This document shows, in pieces, positions 51,985 through 62,919 of a DNA stretch of 64,000 nt (its first letter is position 1; every line of letters starts with the position of its first letter). The DNA lies in the NCBI GenBank assembly GCA_003214195.1, contig QCLY01000002.1:1996-65995 (forward strand), read 5' to 3'. The position numbers were made by a program, and so were the translations under genes. The DNA comes from Prochlorococcus sp. AG-418-G23 (lineage in GTDB: Bacteria > Cyanobacteriota > Cyanobacteriia > PCC-6307 > Cyanobiaceae). The notes beneath the pieces are model-generated. The model was not told where the DNA came from. It searched no databases and was given only the letters and a program-made list of their open reading frames with translations.

Positions 51985-52689
51985 TTAGTTTTTTCTTTCG
52001 GCATTAGAACCCTTTCTGCCTTCATTTATAGCATCTGCGAGTCTACCTAAAATAAGTTGAACAGATCTAACTGCATCATCGTTGCATGGGATTGGGACTT
52101 CACACAAATCTGGATCGCAGTTTGTATCCAACATTGATACGAGTGAAATATCTAATTTCCTAGCTTCTAATACTGCATTGGATTCTCTTCTCTGATCAAC
52201 CAAAACCACAACGTCTGGTAATCTTCTCATACCTTTTAGTCCACCTAAGTATTTTTGTAATCTTTCAAGTTCTCTCCTTAAAACTGCAGCTTCTTTTTTA
52301 GGCCTCATAGCTATTGAACCACTACTTTCCATTCTTTCTAAATCCTTCAGTCTTTCAATTCTGGCTTTCATCGTTGTCCAATTAGTCAACATACCTCCAA
52401 GCCATCTTTGATTTACATATGCAGCTCCGCATCGAGTAGCTTCCTGAGCAACTACATCTGATGCTTGTTTTTTTGTCCCTACAAACAAGAAACGTTTACC
52501 ACTTTTTGCAGCGTTTCTGGTCCATTTGTATGCATTGTTCATACACAATGCTGTTTTTACAAGATCAATTATATGAACTCCATTTCTCGCGCAATAAATA
52601 TACTTAGACATTTTGGGATTCCAACGTCTAGTTTGATGCCCAAAATGAGCACCAGCTTCCATCATTTCTGATAGTGATACAACAGCCAT
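51985..52689 (-). CDS. rpsB: 30S ribosomal protein S2
   Basis: [39 protein letters not shown]. Confidence 0.98.
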   Translation of the reverse strand: MAVVSLSEMMEAGAHFGHQTRRWNPKMSKYIYCARNGVHIIDLVKTALCMNNAYKWTRNAAKSGKRFLFVGTKKQASDVVAQEATRCGAAYVNQRWLGGMLTNWTTMKARIERLKDLERMESSGSIAMRPKKEAAVLRRELERLQKYLGGLKGMRRLPDVVVLVDQRRESNAVLEARKLDISLVSMLDTNCDPDLCEVPIPCNDDAVRSVQLILGRLADAINEGRKGSNAERKN

Positions 52690-52699
52690 AATTCAAAAA

Positions 52700-52766
52700 G
52701 GTTTCGGGTTTGCCTCCATCTGACGGGAAATTTATATAAATCACCCGAAACTGTCAGATGTGTGGA
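52700..52766 (-). ncRNA. rpsB leader RNA (t44/S2-leader-like)
   Basis: Minus strand: CCACA-CAUCUGAC-A-GUUUCGGGU...GUCAGAUG-GAGGCAA-ACCCGAAAC, two interleaved perfect helices just upstream of rpsB. Confidence 0.8.
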
Positions 52767-52813
52767 TTTAATTTCAATAATTCTAGCAAGTTATGTGTAT
52801 TTCTAAAAGTTTT

Positions 52814-53725
52814 TTAACTTGATTTTGTTAACTGTTTAGTGTAAATCATATTTAGAGGGATCCTAAGTATCTCAAGTGCAAGTCTATTTCTTTTTTTATT
52901 TTCAAGAAATCTTAATAAAGGCAAGATTCTATCAACACTAATTAGTCCTCCCAAGCAAAGAATTTGCCAAAGTAAATTATGAAGAGGAGTTAATTGAATC
53001 ATAAATCTAACCCTTAAATTTGGATGTTTCTTGAAGAAAACTAAAGCCATTTTTGCCCTTTCTTTTTCTTGAGCTATTAATCCTTCTATTTGTTCGCAAC
53101 TAAATGGTGGATGCCAATGGAAACCTACTGCATCTGGACACTTAATTAATTTTGTCCCAATTTTTTTTAATCTTTCCCCAAGTTCTAAATCCTCCCAGCC
53201 GTAAAGACTAAAAGAAGTATCAAATAATCCTACGCTTAAAATCAACTCTTTTGATATTGCAACATTCCCAGTAGCAAAGTAAGCAAAAGAAGAATCAATT
53301 ATTTTATGTTTTTCATTCTGAGGATTTTGAAAATTTGATGTATTAACCACAGAACCATAGGTAAAACATTTTTTGTCATTTTTTTTCCAAAAGGCAAGTA
53401 ATTTTTCTACGTGGCAAATTACGAAATTATCTAAAACAATAAGATCACTATCAATAAATATTATAATTTCATATTTTGATTTAATTACCCCAAGATTTCT
53501 TCCCAAGGCCGGACCTCCATGATCTTGTTGATATAGAACTACGTGTGGGAGATTAGCTTTATTATTATTAATCCACGAGCTCGTTCCATCTGTAGATCCA
53601 TCATCTACTACTATTATTTCGTATTTGCTTAAATTTCTATTTAATTTTTGATTTTCTAGCGCAAAGAGACATTTTTTTAATATAGGTTTTCTATTGTAAG
53701 TCGGTATAACAATACTTACATTCAT
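52814..53725 (-). CDS. Family 2 glycosyltransferase
   Basis: SIVIPTYNR, VVDDGSTDGT, FIDSD, YGWEDLELG. Confidence 0.92.
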   Translation of the reverse strand: MNVSIVIPTYNRKPILKKCLFALENQKLNRNLSKYEIIVVDDGSTDGTSSWINNNKANLPHVVLYQQDHGGPALGRNLGVIKSKYEIIIFIDSDLIVLDNFVICHVEKLLAFWKKNDKKCFTYGSVVNTSNFQNPQNEKHKIIDSSFAYFATGNVAISKELILSVGLFDTSFSLYGWEDLELGERLKKIGTKLIKCPDAVGFHWHPPFSCEQIEGLIAQEKERAKMALVFFKKHPNLRVRFMIQLTPLHNLLWQILCLGGLISVDRILPLLRFLENKKRNRLALEILRIPLNMIYTKQLTKSS

Positions 53726-53784
53726 GATCTCACTTTAATTATTAAAAATAAGGGTTCCAAGAAGATAAAAACAAAAGATATCTC

Positions 53785-53934
53785 TTAATCAGCAGCACCA
53801 CCATTATTAGCTGTGCCTGTAACGTTTCCACCATCAGGTCTGCCATCTGTTCTTAATTTCCTTTTTTTGAACTTTCTCGCATAAGCTCGATTACGGTCCT
53901 GCTTTTCTTTTTTTAGATTCCTTCTCTTAGACAT
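53785..53934 (-). CDS. 49-aa highly basic protein, candidate small ribosomal protein (not in ORF track)
   Basis: MSKRRNLKKEKQDRNRAYARKFKKRKLRTDGRPDGGNVTGTANNGGAAD; GC content is coding-like relative to the flanks. Confidence 0.75.
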   Translation of the reverse strand: MSKRRNLKKEKQDRNRAYARKFKKRKLRTDGRPDGGNVTGTANNGGAAD

Positions 53935-53952
53935 GAAATTTTTACCTTTTAA

Positions 53953-54681
53953 TTATATTAGCTCACTATGAGCACTAAATATTTTACCATCTTCCATATT
54001 TAATATCCTATCCGCCATATCAGTAATTCTTGGATCGTGAGTAACCATAAGTACAGAACAATTTTGCTCTTTTGCTAGTTTTCTTAAAAGGGTTACTATT
54101 TCTCTCCCTGTGACGCTATCTAAAGCAGAGGTGGGCTCATCAGCGAGTAAAAGTTTTGGGTTAGCAGATAAAGCTCGAGCAATTGCTACTCTCTGTTTCT
54201 GACCTCCAGATAAGTCATTGGGTAATTTTTTATGATGCTCCTCTAATCCAACTGCTGTTAACCAATTTCTTGCGATTTCACGTCTTTGCAAATATGTTAA
54301 ACCTTTTATTAAATCTGCGCCCATTTGAACATTTTGTTCGGCTGTTAAACATCTTAGAAGATTATGACCTTGAAAAATCATGCCAATACTTCGCCTAAGA
54401 TTCTGACGCGTCTTTCTAGATGCTCCATTTAACTGATTATTTAACACAGTTAAGTCTCCACTTTGACAAGTTCTTAAAGCGCCAATTAATGTTAGTAGAG
54501 TCGTTTTACCGCAGCCCGAAGGTCCTTTTAAAAGAACCAACTCTCCCTTCTTTATATTTAAATTGACATTGTTAAGGACTTGCTTTTTATTTTCATTTTT
54601 TCCATAAAAGTGACTCAAATTATTTATCGAGACAGTTTTAAAGTTTTTAATATTTTTTTTTAATTTATTACCTTTGACCAT
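53953..54681 (-). CDS. devA: DevA-family ABC exporter ATPase
   Basis: GPSGCGKTTLLTLIGALR, IFQGHNL, LSGGQKQRVAIARAL, ADEPTSALD. Confidence 0.9.
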   Translation of the reverse strand: MVKGNKLKKNIKNFKTVSINNLSHFYGKNENKKQVLNNVNLNIKKGELVLLKGPSGCGKTTLLTLIGALRTCQSGDLTVLNNQLNGASRKTRQNLRRSIGMIFQGHNLLRCLTAEQNVQMGADLIKGLTYLQRREIARNWLTAVGLEEHHKKLPNDLSGGQKQRVAIARALSANPKLLLADEPTSALDSVTGREIVTLLRKLAKEQNCSVLMVTHDPRITDMADRILNMEDGKIFSAHSELI

Positions 54682-54693
54682 TTAATTTAACTA

Positions 54694-55866
54694 TTAAAAA
54701 ATTTCGGCAGGATCGGCATCAACTAATTTACGCATTGCGATACTAGCGGAACCCATACACATTAATAAAACTAGTACGAAAATTAAAATCGTTTTATCTG
54801 CATCCATTATTATTGGCAGCTTAGTAGAACTTCTTATAACTGAATAAAGTAACTGCCCAGATAAATAGGCAGGAATATAACCAAACAGTGCCAACAAAAA
54901 TCCTTCTCTAGCTACTACAAGAAAAAGAGACTTAAGTCTGTATCCCATTGCCAATAAGGTTGCATATTCTGGGAGGTGATCTGTAACGTCACTATAAAGA
55001 ATTTGATAAACGACCACACACCCCACTACGAAACCCATCAAAGCTCCCAAACTAAATATAAAACCTATTGCAGTACTATTTTTCCAATAATTCTTCTCAA
55101 AATCTATAAATTGATTTTTTGTAAGAACTCGAACATCGTTAGGGAGTGAATTGTTTAAAATTCTTGAAATCATTTCAGGATCAGACCCTTTTTTTAGCTT
55201 TACTAAACCAATTTCTATACTTCCCGCAGGATTAGAGGGAAAAAGTTTTAAGAAGGTTTCTCGACTAGTTATCAAATTACCATCAGCACCAAAAGATGGT
55301 CCTAGTTCTACAAGACCTTCAACTATTACTCTTTTCCCCGCGACTTCAGTTTCTACTTTTTTATCTGATAAAAACCATTCTTCAATTGGTCCAAATTCAG
55401 GTCTAGAGAGTTTGTCAAATAGAACTCTTGATGGATTTCTCAATTTATAAGCTTTATTTGAAAATCCATCATCTAAAAGGAGCGAATCAGAGGGATTAAA
55501 ACCTAGCGCAAGTATAGATCTAGTTTTAAGATTTTCGGGATTCCTCCAAAGTAAATAATTCAGATTGACGGGGGCAGTTTTTTCAACATCATCTAGTGCA
55601 AGCGTTTGAATCAATCTCCTTTTTGGAAAACCACTCATGCTTATCGAACTTTTTGATCTGGGACTAATCAAAACCAAATCAGCATCTAAAAGTTTATGAA
55701 TAGTTACGCTCGTATCAAATAAACCATCTCTAAAACCAAGTTGCATAAACATCAAAATCCCTGCAAAACTAATTCCTGCAATAGCGACTGCCAACCTTAA
55801 TGGTTGCCTAGTTAATAACAACCAAGCTAATGGTATTTTTCTAAACTTAAAAAAAGAAAAATTCAT
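54694..55866 (-). CDS. devC: DevC-family ABC exporter permease
   Basis: PLAWLLL, GISFAGILMFMQLGF, VVYQILYSDV, EYATL.AMGY, ADPAEIF. Confidence 0.92.
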   Translation of the reverse strand: MNFSFFKFRKIPLAWLLLTRQPLRLAVAIAGISFAGILMFMQLGFRDGLFDTSVTIHKLLDADLVLISPRSKSSISMSGFPKRRLIQTLALDDVEKTAPVNLNYLLWRNPENLKTRSILALGFNPSDSLLLDDGFSNKAYKLRNPSRVLFDKLSRPEFGPIEEWFLSDKKVETEVAGKRVIVEGLVELGPSFGADGNLITSRETFLKLFPSNPAGSIEIGLVKLKKGSDPEMISRILNNSLPNDVRVLTKNQFIDFEKNYWKNSTAIGFIFSLGALMGFVVGCVVVYQILYSDVTDHLPEYATLLAMGYRLKSLFLVVAREGFLLALFGYIPAYLSGQLLYSVIRSSTKLPIIMDADKTILIFVLVLLMCMGSASIAMRKLVDADPAEIF

Positions 55867-56780
55867 TAAGGAATAAATTTTGCAATGACTTTCATTCCTG
55901 CATAATTTTGTACAGTATCTATAGAATCTTGGTCTAGTTTTACAAGTACTTCGATAATGCGAGAATCAGCATCACCTGTTGGATCAGTTGATAATACTTT
56001 TCTTTGTTTTACCTGCGGACTAATCCTAATTACCTTACCTTTAAGTTTTTTTTGGAAACCTCCATTCTCGCTGCTCAGTTCAACATTCTGGGAGATGAAA
56101 ACTCTATCTATATCAGATTCATAAACCTCTATTAAAGCTTCCATATTTTGACTAGAACCAATATCAAGAATTCCTTCATTATTAGGCCTCTCCCCAACCC
56201 TGGTATTTATTTCTAGGATAAAACCATCAATTGGGCTCCTTAATTTTGAATTAAACAAATCTATCTTGATATTTTTTTGGTCTGCAAGAAGGTTAATTTT
56301 TTGTTTTTGCAATTTTAGTAATTCGTCTTTTCTCTTAGAAAACTCTACAAATGAATATGCATTTTTGCTCAAAGCTAACTCATACCTTTGAATTTGGTCT
56401 TTCTTTAGGGCAATTTCATCTTCAATAGTATTAATTAAATTTTCATTCCTTTCAAAATCAGAAATTAACTTTTCTCGATTTTCAAAAATTGCCAAGACAT
56501 CACCTTTTTTTACAAAATCTCCTTCATTTACTAATATTTCAACTATTCGAGGTGATGATCCAAACTGACTCACTGGAGCGGCCAATTGCCTTATCTCTCC
56601 GGAAGGAGAAAGTTGACCTAACGCTGCGACAGCTTTAATAGGTGGTATAAAATCAACATTAATTTCATTATTTAATTTAGAATTTGACTTATTATTTCCC
56701 GAACAGGAAATAATTCCAAAAGATAATGGAGTAAATAAAAATAAATAAATAAATAAATTTTTAAAAATTTTTAAATTCAT
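55866..56780 (-). CDS. devB: DevB-family membrane fusion (adaptor) lipoprotein
   Basis: Lipobox-like ISC, VAALGQLSP, V.EGD.V, SPIDG, EVYESDI, DSRIIEV. Confidence 0.88.
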   Translation of the reverse strand: MNLKIFKNLFIYLFLFTPLSFGIISCSGNNKSNSKLNNEINVDFIPPIKAVAALGQLSPSGEIRQLAAPVSQFGSSPRIVEILVNEGDFVKKGDVLAIFENREKLISDFERNENLINTIEDEIALKKDQIQRYELALSKNAYSFVEFSKRKDELLKLQKQKINLLADQKNIKIDLFNSKLRSPIDGFILEINTRVGERPNNEGILDIGSSQNMEALIEVYESDIDRVFISQNVELSSENGGFQKKLKGKVIRISPQVKQRKVLSTDPTGDADSRIIEVLVKLDQDSIDTVQNYAGMKVIAKFIP

Positions 56781-57505
56781 TAAAAATCAAATAATACAGT
56801 TTTTATGTAGTTCTCAACCCATTTTTCATCAAAATACTTTTTAAGAACCATGCTAGTTTTTTCATTTTTCATTTGCTGAATACAATATTTCCTCTGATAA
56901 TCAATTCTCTGTTGAATAATTTCTTCTTGAAATTCAGGTTTAACTTTCTTAATTAAGTTTATCAATGTTGAAAGGTACTCATTCACCACCCTGCAAAAAG
57001 CTTTTTGTTCAAATTTATTTTTTAAAGAAGCAAAAAATACATTTTTAGAAAAAATATCCCCCCAGCTAGGGATTTCTCTTAATGAAGTAAAAGAACTTTT
57101 GTCAACTACGGAGAGAAATTCATCATATTTACTACCCTGATTTTCTGATGAAGGAGATAAATCAACAATAGCAGCTGAAACAATATCATTAATTTTAACT
57201 AAGTCCATTCCAAATATTGGGATATCAAACTTTGGATCAGGGAAAAAAACACAGTGTAAAATTTTAAGATTTCTTGAAAATTCTGCCACCTCAACATGAA
57301 GCTTTCTAAATCCTTTTGCTTTATGGAATTCGTTTTCGATATAAAATTCTCTGCCTATTTCGTTAGATATTATGTTTGTAAGTTTTGGATCAACTTTTAT
57401 ACACTCAAGGTTATCAAGCATGGCTCTATGATCTCTAATATTTTGTAACAAGTCCAAAATAAGAGGGTCTTTTAATTTAGTTTTAGTTAAAGATTCAGAC
57501 AACAA
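56780..57505 (-). CDS. pcyA: Phycocyanobilin:ferredoxin oxidoreductase
   Basis: [42 protein letters not shown]. Confidence 0.93.
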   Translation of the reverse strand: MLSESLTKTKLKDPLILDLLQNIRDHRAMLDNLECIKVDPKLTNIISNEIGREFYIENEFHKAKGFRKLHVEVAEFSRNLKILHCVFFPDPKFDIPIFGMDLVKINDIVSAAIVDLSPSSENQGSKYDEFLSVVDKSSFTSLREIPSWGDIFSKNVFFASLKNKFEQKAFCRVVNEYLSTLINLIKKVKPEFQEEIIQQRIDYQRKYCIQQMKNEKTSMVLKKYFDEKWVENYIKTVLFDF

Positions 57506-57513
57506 AATAAAAA

Positions 57514-58812
57514 ATGACCAAAATAGAATTTAAAGAGAGAAATTTAATGAATGTAGGAGAAGTTAACTACTATACCCATTCAAGCAAAACTAGATGTGTA
57601 TTTGTGGATAACAAGGAATTGCCGCTAATTAGCATTGATATTTGGTGCAAAGCAGGTACTTCATTTGAAGAAGTTGATAAAAATGGCACTGCTCATTTTT
57701 TAGAACACATGATTTTTAAAGGCTCTAACAAATTAATGCCAGGTGAATTTGATCATAAAATCGAATCGCTTGGAGGATTAAGCAATGCTTCAACAGGATA
57801 TGATGACGTACATTATCACGTTCTCATTCCATCAATTAACTTTAATGAATCACTTGCTCTTTTGACAAATATAATTGCTTCTCCAAATTTTAGTACTGAT
57901 GAATTTATAAAAGAAAAAGGAGTAGTTATAGATGAAATAAAACAACAAAATGATCAGCCTGAAGAAAAATTATTTAATTACTTTTTAAAAAGAGTTTGGG
58001 AAGGTCATAATTACGGAAACTCAATTCTTGGAACAGAAGAAAGTGTTCTAAATTTAGAGATAAATGACCTACAAAAATTTCACAGAAAACATTATTCTTC
58101 TGAAAAACTGTGTATTGCAATTGCAGGTAATCTTTCAAAAGATATTTATAAAACTATTGAAAAAAGTGATCTATCTGGTATAAATAAAAATCCAATTTTT
58201 AATGATCCAAATTTATTAAATTCAAAGAATAAACCTTGCTTAAAAATAAGAAATAGTAGAGAGATCATAAAGTTTAATAATTTAGAGTTTTCAAGAATAT
58301 TTATGGCCTGGTTTATCCCAAACCTTAGTGATCAAAAAAATATTGTTGGACTTGAAATATTAGCCTCCATATTATCTGTAGGAAGAAACAGTAGGTTGGT
58401 AAAAATTCTAAAAGAAGATAATAATCTAGTTGAATCAGTATATGTAGATGTAAATGCTGGAGAATTAGGCGGGTTATTTATTTTGGAAGCAAGTTGTGAA
58501 AATAAAGATATTTATTTGGTAGAAGAGAAAATTAATAAAACAATAAATGAAATATCAAATTATAAAACCTTAACTTTGGATGAAATAAAAAAAGCTGTAA
58601 ATATTGTAAAAAGTAATTATTTTTTTAATCTTGAGACATCAACTCAACTTTCGTCATTCTTTGGGAATGAACTTCTCTGGGGCAGAAAATCTGTAATTAA
58701 TAAGTTAGAAAGTAATTTAGAATATTGGAGTAATCTGGATAATTTTAAAGAGATCACACAATATATAAAAGAAGGTAAATTTACTTTAATTGCATCCCCT
58801 AATAAATGCTAA
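57514..58812 (+). CDS. M16 (insulinase-family) zinc peptidase, catalytic subunit
   Basis: [30 protein letters not shown]; start may be ATG 57547. Confidence 0.92.
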   Translation: MTKIEFKERNLMNVGEVNYYTHSSKTRCVFVDNKELPLISIDIWCKAGTSFEEVDKNGTAHFLEHMIFKGSNKLMPGEFDHKIESLGGLSNASTGYDDVHYHVLIPSINFNESLALLTNIIASPNFSTDEFIKEKGVVIDEIKQQNDQPEEKLFNYFLKRVWEGHNYGNSILGTEESVLNLEINDLQKFHRKHYSSEKLCIAIAGNLSKDIYKTIEKSDLSGINKNPIFNDPNLLNSKNKPCLKIRNSREIIKFNNLEFSRIFMAWFIPNLSDQKNIVGLEILASILSVGRNSRLVKILKEDNNLVESVYVDVNAGELGGLFILEASCENKDIYLVEEKINKTINEISNYKTLTLDEIKKAVNIVKSNYFFNLETSTQLSSFFGNELLWGRKSVINKLESNLEYWSNLDNFKEITQYIKEGKFTLIASPNKC

Positions 58813-60023
58813 AAAAATATTTTTTAGATTATAAAAAAAGAAATTTTTCAACTGCTTCTATTTGGATCGACGGTGGGAGCAATATGGATAGTATTAGCAA
58901 AAAAGGTATAAACAAAATTCTTTCTTCATTACTTACACGAGGATGCGAGGGCTTTAGCAATTTAGAACTTTCAGAGTATATTGAATCACTTGGAGCTGAA
59001 TTAAATCAGGAAATATTTGAGGATGGAATTTCGATTAGTATTAAATCTCTTAATGAACATTTCAGTAAATTAATCCCTTTATTAGATCTAATAATTACTA
59101 AGCCAACTCTCTCGGAGATTGAATTTCAAAAAGTAAAAAAGTCTTCTATTAATTTGATTAAAAAAGAAAAAGAAAATCCCTTTAATGTTTGTTTTGAAAA
59201 ATGGAAAAAAATTGTTTACTCCAACCACCCTTATGCTTTTAATACAGTTGGAAATGAAAAAGATGTCTCAAAAATCACCCATGAAGACGTTTTATATGAG
59301 TTTAAAAATTTTATTAAAAGAGAAAAATATTTAATTACAAATAATTTGGCAATCAATGGGAAGAATTTAGAAACCTTTGATCAAAAATCATTAAAAGAGA
59401 AATCAGATCATAGAAATTATGATTTAAATCCGATTAATAGATTTGACTACATTCTTAATAATTCAAATCAAACAATAATAATGTTGGGGAACCAAACTTG
59501 TTCTCGCACAAGCAGTGAATATTTACCACTTAAAGTTTTGGAGTCATACTTATCTTATGGAATGAGCGCTGCTTTATTTAAACTTTTTAGAGAAAAAAAT
59601 GGCATTACTTACGATCTCGGCGTATTTAACCCTGTCAGAATCGGAAATGCACCATTTTTAGTTTACTTATCGGTATCTAATAAGAATGCCCTTTTTGCTT
59701 TTGAACTATTATCATCGCTTTGGGAAAATTTACTTTTAAAACCTCTAATCGATGCTGAAATATATTTAGCAAAAGAAAAACTAAAAAGTTCCTACTTATT
59801 AAGTAACCAATCATTAGATGAAATTTTGCAGCGGAACGTGCAATTAATAAGTTATGGCATAAATCCTATTTCAGAAAAAGATATAAATTCAAAAATAGAT
59901 AAGATTTCTTCTTTAGACGTTCTTAAATTGACAACCAAATATTTTTCTAAACCATTTTTGAGTATTTCTGGGAACAAAAAAATATGTTTAGAAATTAGTG
60001 CTTTATGGAATAAAAAGTTCTAA
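58806..60023 (+). CDS. M16 peptidase-like non-catalytic subunit
   Basis: LLTRG, IESLGA, HPY, LF...REKNGITY; HxxEH is absent. Confidence 0.85.
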   Translation: MLKKYFLDYKKRNFSTASIWIDGGSNMDSISKKGINKILSSLLTRGCEGFSNLELSEYIESLGAELNQEIFEDGISISIKSLNEHFSKLIPLLDLIITKPTLSEIEFQKVKKSSINLIKKEKENPFNVCFEKWKKIVYSNHPYAFNTVGNEKDVSKITHEDVLYEFKNFIKREKYLITNNLAINGKNLETFDQKSLKEKSDHRNYDLNPINRFDYILNNSNQTIIMLGNQTCSRTSSEYLPLKVLESYLSYGMSAALFKLFREKNGITYDLGVFNPVRIGNAPFLVYLSVSNKNALFAFELLSSLWENLLLKPLIDAEIYLAKEKLKSSYLLSNQSLDEILQRNVQLISYGINPISEKDINSKIDKISSLDVLKLTTKYFSKPFLSISGNKKICLEISALWNKKF

Positions 60024-60024
60024 A

Positions 60025-60234
60025 TTAAAACTTATCAATTTTATCAGTATCTATTAAAAAAGAGCCTCTTCTAAACTTCACTTCAACCGTATCTGGAGAT
60101 TTTATTGATGTGACTTCTCCAATTTCATCAATTGCAACTAAATCAGGTGGTCTAAGCATAGGCATGTTATCTGAAGTCTTAAGGTAGGAAACTGGTGCAA
60201 TCAACTTAACCTTATCTTTAATCTCAAATTTCAT
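60025..60234 (-). CDS. sipA: SipA/DUF3148 (NblS-interacting SH3-like protein)
   Basis: YLKTSDNMPMLRPPDLV, VKFRRGSFLID. Confidence 0.8.
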   Translation of the reverse strand: MKFEIKDKVKLIAPVSYLKTSDNMPMLRPPDLVAIDEIGEVTSIKSPDTVEVKFRRGSFLIDTDKIDKF

Positions 60235-60341
60235 TAATAAATCCAATACTTTCAAGAGTTATATAAGCACAAAGTTAGGGATAACACCAACGAAATGCAC
60301 TGATTCATTCTAGAATAAAATAATCGAATAAAAATGAATTA

Positions 60342-62255
60342 ATGAATCCAAAACTTAAAACATTAATTTTATGGGCTTTACCAATAATTTTAGTAATTGC
60401 ACTTTCTTATCAATTTTTATCCTCTAGCAATATTGATTCTCTAAAATCAAATGGAACAACTGTTGCACCAAGAAATTCCGCTGTTGCCAGAGTTAGTTAT
60501 GGTAGATTTTTAGACTACATTAAATCAGGAAGGGTCACATCTGTTGATATTTATGAAGGAGGTAGAAATGCCGTCATAGAGACCATTGATTCAGATCTAG
60601 ATAATAAAGTTCAAAGGTTACGAGTTGATCTTCCAGGCCTAACACCTGAACTTATAAATAATTTAAAAAACGAGGGTATTAGTTTTGATATTCATCCAAT
60701 CAAAACCGCACCGCCAGCACTAGGTGTTTTTGGTAATTTACTTTTCCCAGCCTTATTAATAGGAGGTTTAATCTTACTTGCGAGGAGATCAAATGGTATG
60801 CCTGGAGGACCTGGTCAAGCAATGCAATTTGGGAAAACAAAAGCAAGGTTTGCTATGGAAGCTGAGACAGGAGTTGTTTTCGACGATGTAGCAGGTGTTA
60901 ATGAAGCCAAGCAGGATCTACAAGAAGTTGTTACTTTTCTGAAAAAGCCAGAAAAATTTACCTCTGTCGGTGCAAGAATTCCAAAAGGTGTTTTGTTAGT
61001 CGGCCCTCCTGGAACTGGGAAAACTCTTTTAGCTAAGGCAATTGCTGGAGAGGCTGGAGTTCCATTTTTTTCATTATCAGGGTCTGAATTCGTCGAAATG
61101 TTTGTTGGAGTTGGTGCGAGTAGAGTCAGAGATCTTTTCAAGAGAGCGAAAGAAAATAGTCCCTGTCTAATATTCATCGATGAAATTGATGCGGTAGGAA
61201 GGCAAAGAGGTGCAGGTATTGGTGGAGGTAATGACGAGAGAGAACAAACACTTAATCAATTGCTCACTGAAATGGATGGATTTGAAGGTAATAGCGGCAT
61301 AATAATAATTGCCGCTACAAATAGACCAGATGTCTTAGATTCAGCTCTTATGAGACCCGGGAGATTTGATAGGCAAGTAACTGTTGACGCTCCTGATATT
61401 AAGGGAAGACTCTCAATACTTAAAGTACATTCTAGAAATAAGAAACTTCAAGAAGATTTGACTCTTGAAAGCATTGCAAGAAGAACACCAGGTTTTACTG
61501 GCGCAGATTTAGCAAATTTATTAAATGAGGCTGCCATATTAACTGCCAGGAGAAGAAAAGATTCTATAAGTATTTTAGAGATCGACGATTCGGTCGATAG
61601 GATTGTCGCAGGTATGGAAGGTTCACCATTAACAGATGGCAGAAGCAAAAGATTAATTGCTTATCATGAAGTTGGTCATGCTCTTATAGGGTCACTAGTA
61701 AAAGCTCATGATCCTGTTCAAAAAGTAACTGTAATCCCTAGAGGACAAGCTAAAGGATTGACTTGGTTTACTCCAGATGATGAACAAACCTTGGTTAGCA
61801 GAGCTCAATTAAAGGCTAGAATTATGGGTGCATTAGGAGGAAGGGCTGCTGAGGATGTCGTTTTTGGTAAAGGTGAAATTACAACAGGTGCAGGTGGTGA
61901 TTTTCAACAGGTTGCCTCTATGGCTCGTCAAATGGTAACTAGATTTGGCATGAGTAATTTAGGGCCAATATCTTTAGAAGGTGGAAACCAAGAAGTTTTT
62001 GTTGGTAGAGATTTGATGACAAGAAGTGATATGTCTGATTCTATTTCTAAACAAATTGACGAAAGTGTAAGGTTAATGGTCAAAGAGTGTTATAAAGAAA
62101 CATATTCAATAGTAAGCAAAAATAGAGAGGCTATGGATAAAATAGTTGACGTTCTGATAGAGAAAGAGACTCTAGATGGGGAAGAATTTGTGAATATTCT
62201 CTCGAAATATACAGCTATACCTGAGAAACAGAGAACACCTCAATTATTAAATTAA
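60342..62255 (+). CDS. ftsH: ATP-dependent zinc metalloprotease FtsH
   Basis: Two transmembrane segments, [26 protein letters not shown]. Confidence 0.98.
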   Translation: MNPKLKTLILWALPIILVIALSYQFLSSSNIDSLKSNGTTVAPRNSAVARVSYGRFLDYIKSGRVTSVDIYEGGRNAVIETIDSDLDNKVQRLRVDLPGLTPELINNLKNEGISFDIHPIKTAPPALGVFGNLLFPALLIGGLILLARRSNGMPGGPGQAMQFGKTKARFAMEAETGVVFDDVAGVNEAKQDLQEVVTFLKKPEKFTSVGARIPKGVLLVGPPGTGKTLLAKAIAGEAGVPFFSLSGSEFVEMFVGVGASRVRDLFKRAKENSPCLIFIDEIDAVGRQRGAGIGGGNDEREQTLNQLLTEMDGFEGNSGIIIIAATNRPDVLDSALMRPGRFDRQVTVDAPDIKGRLSILKVHSRNKKLQEDLTLESIARRTPGFTGADLANLLNEAAILTARRRKDSISILEIDDSVDRIVAGMEGSPLTDGRSKRLIAYHEVGHALIGSLVKAHDPVQKVTVIPRGQAKGLTWFTPDDEQTLVSRAQLKARIMGALGGRAAEDVVFGKGEITTGAGGDFQQVASMARQMVTRFGMSNLGPISLEGGNQEVFVGRDLMTRSDMSDSISKQIDESVRLMVKECYKETYSIVSKNREAMDKIVDVLIEKETLDGEEFVNILSKYTAIPEKQRTPQLLN

Positions 62256-62839
62256 GAGGTGACAGGTTTTTTATCTAAAACTAAATCTATTAACCCATAT
62301 TCAACTGCTTCTTTTGGAGACATATAAAAATCTCTATCGGTATCCTCTTTAATCGTCTCATAATCTTTTCCAGTCCTATCTGACAATTCGGTATTGAGAC
62401 GCTCTTTTAAATACAAAATTTCATCTGCTTGAATTCTTATATCACTTGCTTGACCTCTAGCCCCTCCAAGAGGTTGATGTATCATAATTCTTGAATGCCT
62501 TAGGCTACTTCTTTTCCCTTTAGTCCCTGCTGCTAACAAAAAAGCACCCATGCTTGCAGCTAAACCTACACAAACTGTATGAATATCTGGCTTTACATGT
62601 TGCATAGTGTCAAAGATACCTAAACCATCATAAACAGATCCACCTGGTGAATTTATGTACATGTAAATATCTTTTTCCGGATCTTCAGCTTCAAGAAATA
62701 ATAATTGAGCAACAATTCTATTAGCAGTTTCACTAGTAACTTGTTCGCCCAAGAAGATTATTCTCTCTCTTAACAATCTCGAGTAGATATCAAAGACTCT
62801 TTCACTACCGCCAGATTCTTCTAAAACTAAAGGGATCAT
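62252..62839 (-). CDS. clpP: Clp protease proteolytic subunit
   Basis: DIYSRLL, YINSPGG, GLAASMG, IMIHQP, DRD. Confidence 0.97.
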   Translation of the reverse strand: MIPLVLEESGGSERVFDIYSRLLRERIIFLGEQVTSETANRIVAQLLFLEAEDPEKDIYMYINSPGGSVYDGLGIFDTMQHVKPDIHTVCVGLAASMGAFLLAAGTKGKRSSLRHSRIMIHQPLGGARGQASDIRIQADEILYLKERLNTELSDRTGKDYETIKEDTDRDFYMSPKEAVEYGLIDLVLDKKPVTS

Positions 62840-62919
62840 AATAATATTTATCTGTTTATTAGATATTAACGATATTGAGTCAACATACGCTAACCTTATT
62901 AAGGTTTACATATAAAAAA

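Noticed and set aside
51281-52025. Long 5' extensions of tsf (to 52025) and of the 425-aa ORF (to 51478)
   Set aside because: They overlap rpsB and tsf respectively. EF-Ts homology begins at ATG 51941.
565-61648. Many short track ORFs antisense to recognised genes (e.g. 565-783, 1703-1969, 5262-5639, 8719-9129, 26757-27188, 43126-43449, 55151-55450, 60815-61177)
   Set aside because: They lie mostly or wholly opposite conserved genes and carry no motifs, so they are shadow ORFs arising from codon bias.
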